DNA of 64,000 nt from positions 1-64,000 of the forward strand of contig CBDCRW010000003.1 in NCBI GenBank assembly GCA_965221125.1. Reading direction: 5' to 3'. Each line of letters starts with the position of its first letter. Position 1 is the stretch's first letter. A program made the translations under genes and the position numbers. Positions 18,558 through 26,433 of the stretch are shown here, in pieces. Origin of the DNA: Alphaproteobacteria bacterium (GTDB lineage: Bacteria; Pseudomonadota; Alphaproteobacteria; UBA828). The notes under the pieces are model-generated. The model was given only the letters and a program-made list of their open reading frames with translations, did no database searches and was not told the DNA's origin.

Positions 18558-19097
18558 TTATATGACACGGGGCGGCCGGCGCACCACCAGGCAGCGCGCC
18601 AGCATGTCGTGCAGGCCCTGCTTGCGGCGGTTGAAGGCGACCGCGATACAGGCGGCGACGGCGGCGAATCCGACGACGTAATTCAGACCGACGACCATGC
18701 TGACGAGGCCGGGAAGCCAGAGCGGCCAGCAACGAAAGATCGCCACGTGCGGCGAGATACGGGCGCCGTCGAGCCCCATGACCCGAAGCCCCAGCATGCG
18801 CTTGCCTATGGTCGCCTGGGCCCGCCCGCTCTCCTGCAGCGCCGTGTAGACACCGAGGGCGACGCCGAAGACTGCGGTGCCGAGCGTAGACAGCGCGTAG
18901 CTCACGACCTCCAGCCGGGCGCCGTCGCTCTCGGAAACATGCGTGGTGGTCTTCACCAGGTCGGGCCAGAGGAACGAGCCCACGAGGTAGACGCCCACCA
19001 GCACGATGATCGTGTCGATGACCCACGCCGCGACGCGCCGCCAGAAGCCGGCGGGGACGACGCCCAGTGTCGCGCCCTCCGGCGCTCCGTCGGTCAC
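18558..19097 (-). CDS. RDD family membrane protein
   Basis: AGFWRRVAAWVID, QATIGKRMLGLRV, KQGLHDMLA. Confidence 0.9.
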   Translation of the reverse strand: MTDGAPEGATLGVVPAGFWRRVAAWVIDTIIVLVGVYLVGSFLWPDLVKTTTHVSESDGARLEVVSYALSTLGTAVFGVALGVYTALQESGRAQATIGKRMLGLRVMGLDGARISPHVAIFRCWPLWLPGLVSMVVGLNYVVGFAAVAACIAVAFNRRKQGLHDMLARCLVVRRPPRVI

Positions 19098-19111
19098 GGG
19101 GCCGTAACGTT

Positions 19112-19142
19112 GGAAGGGCCGCCCGGTTGCGGCGGCCCTTCC
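19112..19142 (-). terminator. 12-bp GC-rich hairpin, possible terminator of the mini transcript
   Basis: GGAAGGGCCGCC-N7-GGCGGCCCTTCC; no U tract. Confidence 0.5.
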
Positions 19143-19178
19143 CCGTCAATCCGCGATCCGCAGATCGCGTCGTCACCG

Positions 19179-19253
19179 TCAGCCGTGGGCCCCATCGCAG
19201 GGGGAGACCCAGTTCACGGTGACCGCCGATCGCGGTTTACGACAGTCTGACAC
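19179..19253 (-). CDS. Putative 24-aa peptide MSDCRKPRSAVTVNWVSPCDGAHG (or sRNA) with an extended Shine-Dalgarno
   Basis: GAAAGGAGGTGATCCA immediately before GTG; own promoter-like motif upstream and hairpins downstream. Confidence 0.55.
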   Translation of the reverse strand: MSDCRKPRSAVTVNWVSPCDGAHG

Positions 19254-19287
19254 TGGATCACCTCCTTTCGTTGTTGACGACACCGCG

Positions 19288-19317
19288 TATATGGCGCGCC
19301 CGACCTGGCCGTGCAAG
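19288..19317 (-). promoter_or_regulatory. Sigma70/sigma32-type promoter for the mini transcript
   Basis: CTTGCAC-N17-CATATA on the minus strand. Confidence 0.55.
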
Positions 19318-19322
19318 CGCCA

Positions 19323-19427
19323 TCAAGTGGCCGATGGCGTCGCAGGTCTCGGCACGTTGTTCCAGCCCTCGCCGATCACCTCGCCGTCGCGCACGATGAT
19401 CGTCGCGCAGCAGCCTTCGTGGTCCAT
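19323..19427 (-). pseudogene. Nucleoside/guanine deaminase stub
   Basis: RBS plus MDHEG..ATIIVRDGEVIGEGWNNV, then a frameshifted ETCDAIGH; HxE/PCxxC core missing. Confidence 0.65.
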
Positions 19428-19441
19428 CGTCGCCTCCCCTG

Positions 19442-20401
19442 TCATCCCTTGCGGCCAGCCACCGCCTCCGCAAGCACGCACAGGATTTCGAACATCATGG
19501 TGGCGCCCACGAGCGCCGTGTTGCCGCTCGGGTCGAAGGGCGGCGCCACCTCCACCACGTCGCCGCCCACCAGATTGAGACCGCGCGCACCCCGCAGCAT
19601 GCGCTGCGCCTCGTGGGTCGAAAAACCGCCGATCTCGGGCGTGCCGGTGCCCGGCGCGTAGACCGGATCGAGCCCGTCCACGTCGAAGCTGATGTAGGTC
19701 GGGCCGTCGCCGACGACGGCGCGCGCCTCGGCCACCACCTTCTCCCAGCCGATGTCGAAATACTCCTCGATGGTGATGACGCGCATGCCCGAATCGTGCG
19801 CGAAGTCCATGTCGTGGAGGTCGTAGACCGAGCCGCGAATGCCGATCTGGATGGTGCGCTTCGGGTCGAGCAGGCCCTCCTCGACCGCCCGGCGGAAAAG
19901 CGTGCCGTGCGTGATCTTGTAGCCCCCGAAGTAGCTGTCCCAGGTATCGGAATGAGCGTCGAAATGGATCAGGCCGACGGGCCGGTCCTTGGCGATCGCC
20001 CGCATGATCGGGAGCGTGATGAGGTGGTCGCCGCCGGCCGAGAGCGGCACCGCGCCGGCCTCGTGCAGCGTGGTGAAGAAGCGCTCGACGCGCCCGATGG
20101 TGTCGTTGAGGTCGATGGGGTTGACGCTGGCGTCGCCGCAGTCGGCGACCCGGCAAAGCTCGTAGGGGCAGATGCCGAGCACGTGATGGGTCCGCCGCAT
20201 CAGGCTCGACATGTTGCGAATCTCGCGCGGGCCGTGGCGGGCGCCAGCACGGTTGGTGGTGCCGTTGTCCCAGGGCACGCCGACCAGCGCGATGTCCACG
20301 GCCGAGAAGTCGGTGACGTGCGGCAGCCGCATGAAGGTCGGCATCGCGCTGAAGCGCGGCATGTCCATGCCGCTCACCGGCTCGTAAAAGCCCTCACTCA
20401 T
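19442..20401 (-). CDS. Ureohydrolase, agmatinase/guanidinopropionase (GpuA-like)
   Basis: GARHGPREIRNMSSLMR, GGDHLIT, HFDAHSD, SFDVDGLDP, PGTGTPE. Confidence 0.93.
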   Translation of the reverse strand: MSEGFYEPVSGMDMPRFSAMPTFMRLPHVTDFSAVDIALVGVPWDNGTTNRAGARHGPREIRNMSSLMRRTHHVLGICPYELCRVADCGDASVNPIDLNDTIGRVERFFTTLHEAGAVPLSAGGDHLITLPIMRAIAKDRPVGLIHFDAHSDTWDSYFGGYKITHGTLFRRAVEEGLLDPKRTIQIGIRGSVYDLHDMDFAHDSGMRVITIEEYFDIGWEKVVAEARAVVGDGPTYISFDVDGLDPVYAPGTGTPEIGGFSTHEAQRMLRGARGLNLVGGDVVEVAPPFDPSGNTALVGATMMFEILCVLAEAVAGRKG

Positions 20402-20502
20402 CGCTGGCGTCTCCTTCCCTTCTCGGCCGCGACGTCAGGGTCGCGCACCCTGCGGTCGTGCTCGGTCCAGTTGATTTCGGCCACGCGCACGGGGCGGGTC
20501 AT
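20398..20502 (-). pseudogene. Creatininase-family N-terminal stub
   Basis: RBS GAGGAGG plus MTRPVRVAEINWTEHDRRVRD, like creatininase N-termini (ELxWxEYxxRV); only 34 aa, stop overlaps the ureohydrolase start. Confidence 0.55.
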
Positions 20503-20534
20503 GGCGGCCTCCTCGTCAGGCTCGGCCGGGCGGG

Positions 20535-22061
20535 CTAGCGGTTGGTCGGCCAGCGCGGCTGATTGTCGCTGCCCCAGCGGTTGATGCCGATATCGGTCTG
20601 AGCGCAGCGGCGCCAGACCTCCGCGAGCGGCGGAATGAACGCCCTGTTCTTGGCCTCGAGTCGCTCCTGATCGGCCTTGATCGCCGGCATCAGGTCGCGC
20701 AGCTCGTCCATCAGCGCCTGCTCGTCGACCCGCGTGAGCGAGCCGCCCTCCACCATGACCTCGCCGTTCACGATCACCGTCTCCACGGAAGAGCCGTTCT
20801 CGCAATAGACGAGGTGGTTGCGCACGTCGTTGAGCGGCGTGAAGTTGGCGGTGCGCATGTCGAGGATCGCCATGTCGGCGCGCTTGCCGGGCTCCAGCGA
20901 GCCGATCTCGTCCTCCATGAGCACGCTGTAGGCGCCGCCGAGCGTGGCCGCGTGCAGCACCTCGTGGGCATCGAGCCAGTAGGCGTTGTCCGGCGAGGAA
21001 ATATTGTGCATGAGGCCCGCGCACTGCATCACGCTGAACATGCGCGGCGTGTCGCTGGTGGAAATCCCGTCCGAGCCCAGCGCCAGGTTCACGCCCGCAT
21101 CCAGCAGGCGGCGCACGGGGCAGATCCCCGAGCCGAGCTTGAGATTGGAGAGCGCGTTGTGCACCACCGAGCAGCGCGCCTCGCCCATCAGCGCGATATC
21201 GTCGTCTGTGAGCCAGATCCCGTGCGCGATGGTGGTGTTGCGGGTGAGCAGGCCGAGGTCGTGCATGTAGCGGATCAGGGTCTTGCCGTAGAGCTCGCGG
21301 CCGGTGACCGCCTGCACCTTCGATTCGAGGATGTGGGTGTGGAAGGGCAGCCCGTTCGCGCGTGCGAATTCGTCGGCCGCGCGCATCAGGGGCTCGGTGC
21401 AGCGTTGCGGGCCGGAGGGTGCCGGCATGAAGCGGAGCCTGCCGGCGCGGTCGTGATAGAGGGAGAGCGCCTCCTCGCAGAAGGCGGTGAACTCATCCGC
21501 CGTCGGCGGCACCATCTCGTCGATCTCGTCCTTGAGGTCGCCCGGCAGGTGGTCGTTCAGATAGACGATCGTGTCGGGCAGCTTGCGGTCGATCACGTGG
21601 CCCGAGATCGAGGCGCGCAGGCCCACGTCCTCGTAGGCCTGGAACACCGCCCCGATGGTCTCCATGGACTGCAGCGGGAACTCCAGGATGTCGTCCGAGA
21701 AGAACGTGACGCCGGTCTTGATCGCGTCCATGGCGCAAAGCGCGGAGCGCAGGTAGATCATGCGCGGGGTCAGCTCGGCGGCGCCCAGGATGCCGTAGGC
21801 AAGCGTCATCCACAGCTCCAGCGGCATGTTGTCGTAGCGCCCCTTGGCGAAGGCTTCCGGCGTGTGGATGTGGCCGTTGACGAGGCCGGGAATCACGAGC
21901 TTGCCCGCGCCGGAGATCACGCGCTCGGCCTCGACGCCGGATGCGGTCTCGCCGATGGCGGCGATGCGCTCTCCCTCGATCAGGATGTCGCCCTGGAACG
22001 GCTCGCTCCCATGCGTGGGGTCCATCGAGACGATGGTGGCTCCCTCAATCAGTATCGACAT
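20535..22061 (-). CDS. Metal-dependent amidohydrolase (Atz/Trz/MTA-SAH deaminase family)
   Basis: PGLVNGHIH, FHTHILES, IAHGIWL, SNLKLGSG, ALGSDG, GSLEPGKRAD. Confidence 0.92.
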   Translation of the reverse strand: MSILIEGATIVSMDPTHGSEPFQGDILIEGERIAAIGETASGVEAERVISGAGKLVIPGLVNGHIHTPEAFAKGRYDNMPLELWMTLAYGILGAAELTPRMIYLRSALCAMDAIKTGVTFFSDDILEFPLQSMETIGAVFQAYEDVGLRASISGHVIDRKLPDTIVYLNDHLPGDLKDEIDEMVPPTADEFTAFCEEALSLYHDRAGRLRFMPAPSGPQRCTEPLMRAADEFARANGLPFHTHILESKVQAVTGRELYGKTLIRYMHDLGLLTRNTTIAHGIWLTDDDIALMGEARCSVVHNALSNLKLGSGICPVRRLLDAGVNLALGSDGISTSDTPRMFSVMQCAGLMHNISSPDNAYWLDAHEVLHAATLGGAYSVLMEDEIGSLEPGKRADMAILDMRTANFTPLNDVRNHLVYCENGSSVETVIVNGEVMVEGGSLTRVDEQALMDELRDLMPAIKADQERLEAKNRAFIPPLAEVWRRCAQTDIGINRWGSDNQPRWPTNR

Positions 22062-22210
22062 GCACTCCCCTCCCCCGTGTCGCACGCCCCCGGCTCACGC
22101 CGGCAGCACATAAGTATCCTCCGCCCGCCAGGATGGCATCGCCGCCGAGCGGGTTCACCTGTCAGCAGCCGCACGAGGATCGAGGTGTCAATCCCGAAGC
22201 GCTGGGTCAC
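22049..22210 (-). pseudogene. Truncated PIN/VapC toxin
   Basis: VTQRFGIDTSILVRLLTGEP PIN start overlapping the antitoxin 3' end; family-like sequence lost after ~20 aa. Confidence 0.7.
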
Positions 22211-22430
22211 GAGCCTGCTCGCGGATGATCCCGATGTCGAACGTTCCGTGCCCCCGCCCGAGCTTTCCGCGCAACGGTGCAAGCCGCGCGGGGTCGAGAC
22301 GCCGAGGCCGCAGAACAAAGCCGTCGGGACTTTCCTCCAGTTCGAGTTGGTCGCCGAGCTTCACCCCGAGTGCCTCCAGCACGCGGGCGGGAAATGTAAC
22401 CTGCCGCTTCGACGTGATCCTTACAAACAC
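22188..22430 (-). CDS. AbrB/MazE/SpoVT-family antitoxin
   Basis: VRITSKRQVTFPARVLEALGVKLGDQL; RBS GAGGAG. Confidence 0.88.
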   Translation of the reverse strand: MFVRITSKRQVTFPARVLEALGVKLGDQLELEESPDGFVLRPRRLDPARLAPLRGKLGRGHGTFDIGIIREQARDPALRD

Positions 22431-22452
22431 GGGGCTCCTCCCCAAGCTATTG

Positions 22453-22479
22453 CCTTACTATAGCGGTATTTCGGTAAGG
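22453..22479 (-). promoter_or_regulatory. Putative TA operator palindrome overlapping a -10 box
   Basis: CCTTAC-N15-GTAAGG with TATAGT on the minus strand. Confidence 0.5.
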
Positions 22480-22646
22480 TGATCCGGTCAGTCCCGCACA
22501 CATCGCGCTCCTCTACACCGGCACCTCGTTCCACGTGTTGCCCGTGGTCTCCTCCCTTTCTAGTTTGCTGGCCATTGTGGCAGAAGTGACCTATCTCCCT
22601 ACCTCATCCGCGCGACCGCCGCCGCGCGCGCCACAGGAGAAGAGCA

Positions 22647-23690
22647 GTGCTGCAACTCGGGCTCGTGCTCGGCTATTCGGGCCGGGACTTCGCCATCGAC
22701 ATCGACCTGATCCAGGAGGCCGAGGCGCTCGGCTACCAATCGATCTGGACCTCCGAGGCCTATGGCTCGGATGCCGTGACGCCGGCCGCGTGGATCCTGG
22801 CGCAGACCGAGCGAATAACGGTCGGCACCGCGCTGATGCAGATGCCGGCACGCACGCCGGCCTGCGCCGCCATGACGGCGATGACCCTGCAGGCGCTCTC
22901 CGGCGGTCGCTTCGTTCTCGGCGTCGGGCCGTCGGGCCCGCAGGTCATCGAGGGCTGGCACGGGGTGGCTTACGGCAAGCCCCATGAGCGCCTGCGCGAA
23001 TACGTCTCCATCGTCCGCAAGATCGTCGCCCGCGAGGAGCCGGTCGTCCACGAGGGCATGCACTATGCCCTCCCCTATCGCGGCCCCGACGCAACCGGGC
23101 TCGGCAAGCCCCTGAAGAGCATCATCCACGCCCGCCAGCCGCTGCCGATCTATACCGGATCGGTCTCCCCTGCGGGGCTGAGGCTCGCGGGCGAAATCAC
23201 CGACGGCCTGTTTCCGCTCTTCATGATGCCGGAGCGCGCCCACGTCTACCGCGCGCCGCTGGTGGAGGGCTTCCGCAAGGGCGGCCACGGTGAGAAGCGC
23301 GAGGGCTTCGCCATCGCCCCCTTCGTGGATGTGAAGATCGACGACGATCACGCACGTGCGCTGCTCAGGGTCAAGCAGTCGCTCGCGCTCTATGTCGGCG
23401 GCATGGGCGCGCGCGGCCGCAACTTCTACAACGACTACGCGAAGCGGCTGGGATTCGGCGAGGCCGCGGAGACCATCCAGGACCGTTTCCTATCCGGCGA
23501 CAGGGAGGGCGCGGTTGCGGCCGTGCCGAACGAGTTCGCCGACGGCATCGCCCTGGTCGGGCCGAAAGCGCACATCAGGGAGCGCCTTGCGGCATGGAAG
23601 AAGGCGGCGGCGGACGGCTCCGTGACGGCGCTCCTGCTCGCCGGCGCCGGGCGCGAGGAAATCCGCTTCGTCGCCGAGGAGGTGCTGTAG
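22647..23690 (+). CDS. LLM-class (F420-dependent-type) oxidoreductase
   Basis: WTSEAYGSDA, QMPARTPA, GRFVLGVGPSGPQVIEGWHG. Confidence 0.9.
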   Translation: MLQLGLVLGYSGRDFAIDIDLIQEAEALGYQSIWTSEAYGSDAVTPAAWILAQTERITVGTALMQMPARTPACAAMTAMTLQALSGGRFVLGVGPSGPQVIEGWHGVAYGKPHERLREYVSIVRKIVAREEPVVHEGMHYALPYRGPDATGLGKPLKSIIHARQPLPIYTGSVSPAGLRLAGEITDGLFPLFMMPERAHVYRAPLVEGFRKGGHGEKREGFAIAPFVDVKIDDDHARALLRVKQSLALYVGGMGARGRNFYNDYAKRLGFGEAAETIQDRFLSGDREGAVAAVPNEFADGIALVGPKAHIRERLAAWKKAAADGSVTALLLAGAGREEIRFVAEEVL

Positions 23691-23720
23691 CGCGGCGGAG
23701 GACGGTGCAGGGCGGGCGCC

Positions 23721-24371
23721 GTGAAGCGCTGGCTGCTCTGGCCGGCGCTCGCGCTCTGCACCGTCTGGCTTGCCACCTGCGAGACGGCGCCGCCCCTGCC
23801 TTCCGAAGACCACGGCCCGCGCACCCACCCCATACAGGTGGCGAGCAACGGCTGGCACACGGCGATTATTGTGCCCGTCCCTGCCCTCGCCGCGACTGGC
23901 GTGCTTCCCGAGGCGGCGGATTTTCCCGACGCAGCGTTTCTCGAATTCGGCTGGGGAGACCGCACCTACTATCCGGCGAAGGAGAAAACGCTGGGCATGA
24001 CCCTTGCCGCCGCCCTTGTACCGACCCCGGCAGTCATGCACATGGCCGGCCACGCCACCGCTCCGGCGGCCGCGAGCGGCGGCTTCGAGGTCGTGCCGGT
24101 AGCCCTGAGCGAAGCGGGATTCCGGAGTCTGGTGGACGCAATTGCGGCGACGTTCGAGCGCCCTTCAGGCGGCCGGGCCGAGTCCGTTTCTCCCGGTCTC
24201 TACCCCGACAGCCGCTTCTATCATGCGCAGGGAGAATTTCACCTGTTCAACACGTGCAACACCTGGACGGCACGCATGCTGCGCGCCGGCGGCGTCGCCA
24301 TCTCTCCTTCCGGTATCGTGACGGCGGACGGGCTGATGGCCCGCCTGAGGGCCGCGTTAGCTGTCGAGTGA
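23721..24371 (+). CDS. DUF2459 family protein (probably exported)
   Basis: SNGWHTAI, EFGWGDRTYY, FHLFNTCNTWTA. Confidence 0.82.
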   Translation: MKRWLLWPALALCTVWLATCETAPPLPSEDHGPRTHPIQVASNGWHTAIIVPVPALAATGVLPEAADFPDAAFLEFGWGDRTYYPAKEKTLGMTLAAALVPTPAVMHMAGHATAPAAASGGFEVVPVALSEAGFRSLVDAIAATFERPSGGRAESVSPGLYPDSRFYHAQGEFHLFNTCNTWTARMLRAGGVAISPSGIVTADGLMARLRAALAVE

Positions 24372-24701
24372 GCTCAGCGCTCCATCCCGGGTATCGTGGA
24401 TCGGGATGATCTTGTCGAAGCCGCTGATCTCGAACACTTCCTTGACCGGGCCCGAAAGCGAGCAGAGCGCGAACTTCGCGTCCCGCTTCCACAGGGTCTT
24501 CGCGGTCATCAGCACGGCGCGAAGGCCTGCGGAACTGATATAGGAAAGTTTCTCGAAGTCCATGATCACGGCGTGGTCGCCGTCTTCGATCTTGGTCCGG
24601 ATCGCTTCTTCGAAATCCCGAGCGTTGGTACTGTCGATACGCCCGTTCACCTTGGCGGTCACGGCGCTACCGTCGCGCTCGATCGTCAACTCCATTGCCA
24701 T
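24357..24701 (-). CDS. STAS-domain anti-sigma factor antagonist
   Basis: GRIDSTNA, LSYISSAGLR, VKEVFEISGF. Confidence 0.92.
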   Translation of the reverse strand: MAMELTIERDGSAVTAKVNGRIDSTNARDFEEAIRTKIEDGDHAVIMDFEKLSYISSAGLRAVLMTAKTLWKRDAKFALCSLSGPVKEVFEISGFDKIIPIHDTRDGALSSLDS

Positions 24702-24771
24702 CGTCTCCTGTCGCCGTGGCGCGCCCGATCATACAGCGTGTTCGAGGAAGGACACACCCAAAATATCCTGC

Positions 24772-24804
24772 CTGCCGCGGTGGTGCGGCGACACACCGCG
24801 GCAG
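24772..24804 (-). terminator. 11-bp hairpin downstream of amtB
   Basis: CTGCCGCGGTG-N11-CACCGCGGCAG right after the amtB stop. Confidence 0.4.
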
Positions 24805-24811
24805 CGCGAAA

Positions 24812-26239
24812 TCAGTCGTCGACTTCGGGCATCAGCACGAACTCGGGATAGGACTCGATTCCGAGTTCCGCCGCATCCTGGCCAAGCTCCTCGTGAACGG
24901 GCGGAATCCGCGCGCCCAGGGTCTTGTCGATGATGAACCACGCCAGGAGCGACGTGCCGAACACGAAGGCCCCGATGGCAAGGATGCCGATAATCTGCAC
25001 GCCGGGGTCGCCTCCGGCGGCTATGCAGACGGCCAGCGTTCCCCACACGCCCGCGAAGAGGTGGGCCGGAACCGCGCCGACCACGTCGTCCACCTTGACG
25101 ATTTCGAGCAGCTTGACGCCGAGGACGACGATGGCGCCGCCGATCGCGCCGATGATGACGGCAAAATAGTGATCGACGATGTCGGGTCCGGCCGTTATCG
25201 CCACGAGGCCGGCGATGGCGCCGTTCAGGCTGGTGATGAGGTCGACCCGGCCCATGATCGGCCGCGACAGCGTGATTGCCGCGAGCACGCCGGCGGCGGC
25301 GGCCAGGTTGGTGTTGGCCAGGATGTTGCTCAACGCCACGGCATCGATCGCGCCGCTCAAGGCAAGCTGCGAGCCACCGTTGAACCCGAACCAGCCGAGC
25401 CAGAGGATGAACACGCCTAGCGTCACGGCCGGCACGTTGGAGGGCGCCGTCGCCTTGACGCTGCCGTCGGCGCGGAACTTGCCTTTCCGGGCGCCCACGA
25501 TGAGGGCGCCGGCCAGCGCCGCCCAGCCGCCGGTCGAATGCACGATCGTGGATCCGGCGAAATCCTGGAAGCCCATCTCGCTGAGCCAGCCGCCGCCCCA
25601 TGTCCAGGAACCGATCACCGGATAGATGAAGGCGGTCAACAGCGTGATGTAAATGAAGAAGGACCAGAGCTTGACCCGTTCTGCCAGCGTGCCCGAGACG
25701 ATCGAGGCGGTCGTCGCCACGAACACCATCTGGAAGAACCAGTCGGACATCGTGGAATAGCCGCCCTCGATCACGGCCTCGGCAGCGGCCTCGTCACCGC
25801 CGAGAAGGGCGATCTCTTCGGCGGTGGTCGAGTACGGCAGGGCGAACGATCCGACCCAGCTCCCGACATCGACGTACATGAGGTTGTAGCCGACCAGGTA
25901 ATAGGTGAGCCCCGCGATGGAATAGAGGCCTATGTTCTTGAGGCAGATGACCGATGCGTTCTTGGTGCGGACCGAGCCGGCCTCCAGCATCGTGAAGCCG
26001 GCGCACATCCACATCACCAGCGCGCCCCAGATGAGGAACGAGAAGCTGTTGAGGATGAACTGCGTCTCGGCGGTGACCGCCGCATAGGCCTGCGGCACCA
26101 CGAACACCAGAGAGACGGTGAACATGAGGACCAGACCTGCGGCCCTCCACCGCGATCTGCCTGACGATCTGAAGGGTGCCAGACCCAGGCGAAAGACGTC
26201 CGTCAACATTCCGCGCGTGGTTCTGGAGTCTCCCCGCAT
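24812..26239 (-). CDS. amtB: Ammonium transporter
   Basis: FFQMVFVAT, DFAGSTIVHSTGG, LWLGWFGFNGGS, DDVVGAVPAH; start uncertain (26239, 26209 or 26125). Confidence 0.95.
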   Translation of the reverse strand: MRGDSRTTRGMLTDVFRLGLAPFRSSGRSRWRAAGLVLMFTVSLVFVVPQAYAAVTAETQFILNSFSFLIWGALVMWMCAGFTMLEAGSVRTKNASVICLKNIGLYSIAGLTYYLVGYNLMYVDVGSWVGSFALPYSTTAEEIALLGGDEAAAEAVIEGGYSTMSDWFFQMVFVATTASIVSGTLAERVKLWSFFIYITLLTAFIYPVIGSWTWGGGWLSEMGFQDFAGSTIVHSTGGWAALAGALIVGARKGKFRADGSVKATAPSNVPAVTLGVFILWLGWFGFNGGSQLALSGAIDAVALSNILANTNLAAAAGVLAAITLSRPIMGRVDLITSLNGAIAGLVAITAGPDIVDHYFAVIIGAIGGAIVVLGVKLLEIVKVDDVVGAVPAHLFAGVWGTLAVCIAAGGDPGVQIIGILAIGAFVFGTSLLAWFIIDKTLGARIPPVHEELGQDAAELGIESYPEFVLMPEVDD

Positions 26240-26320
26240 TGTCCGATCCCTGTCCTCGATTCGCATTTTCGTGAACCTTGACCATTTCGAATGCACTGTC
26301 AATCCGAGCGTACTGATATA

Positions 26321-26337
26321 GGCAATAGACATGCCTG
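26321..26337 (-). promoter_or_regulatory. Sigma54 (-24/-12) promoter of amtB
   Basis: AGGCATG-TCTA-TTGCC fits TGGCACG-N4-TTGC with exact GG-N10-GC spacing. Confidence 0.7.
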
Positions 26338-26433
26338 GCTTCGAATTCACACGTCGCTCGAATTGGGTTCGCCTCCCGTAACCCCTTGACACGATGCGCT
26401 TCCGACATCGCTTCCTGGCGACCGATGAACGTC

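Noticed and set aside
19253-19269. 16S rRNA gene fragment
   Set aside because: Only the terminal 17 nt match and the flanks are not rRNA-like; better explained as an extended SD on the opposite strand.
22513-22576. Tiny minus-strand ORF ending GNTWNEVPV, faintly like DUF5131 C-termini
   Set aside because: Too short to support a call.
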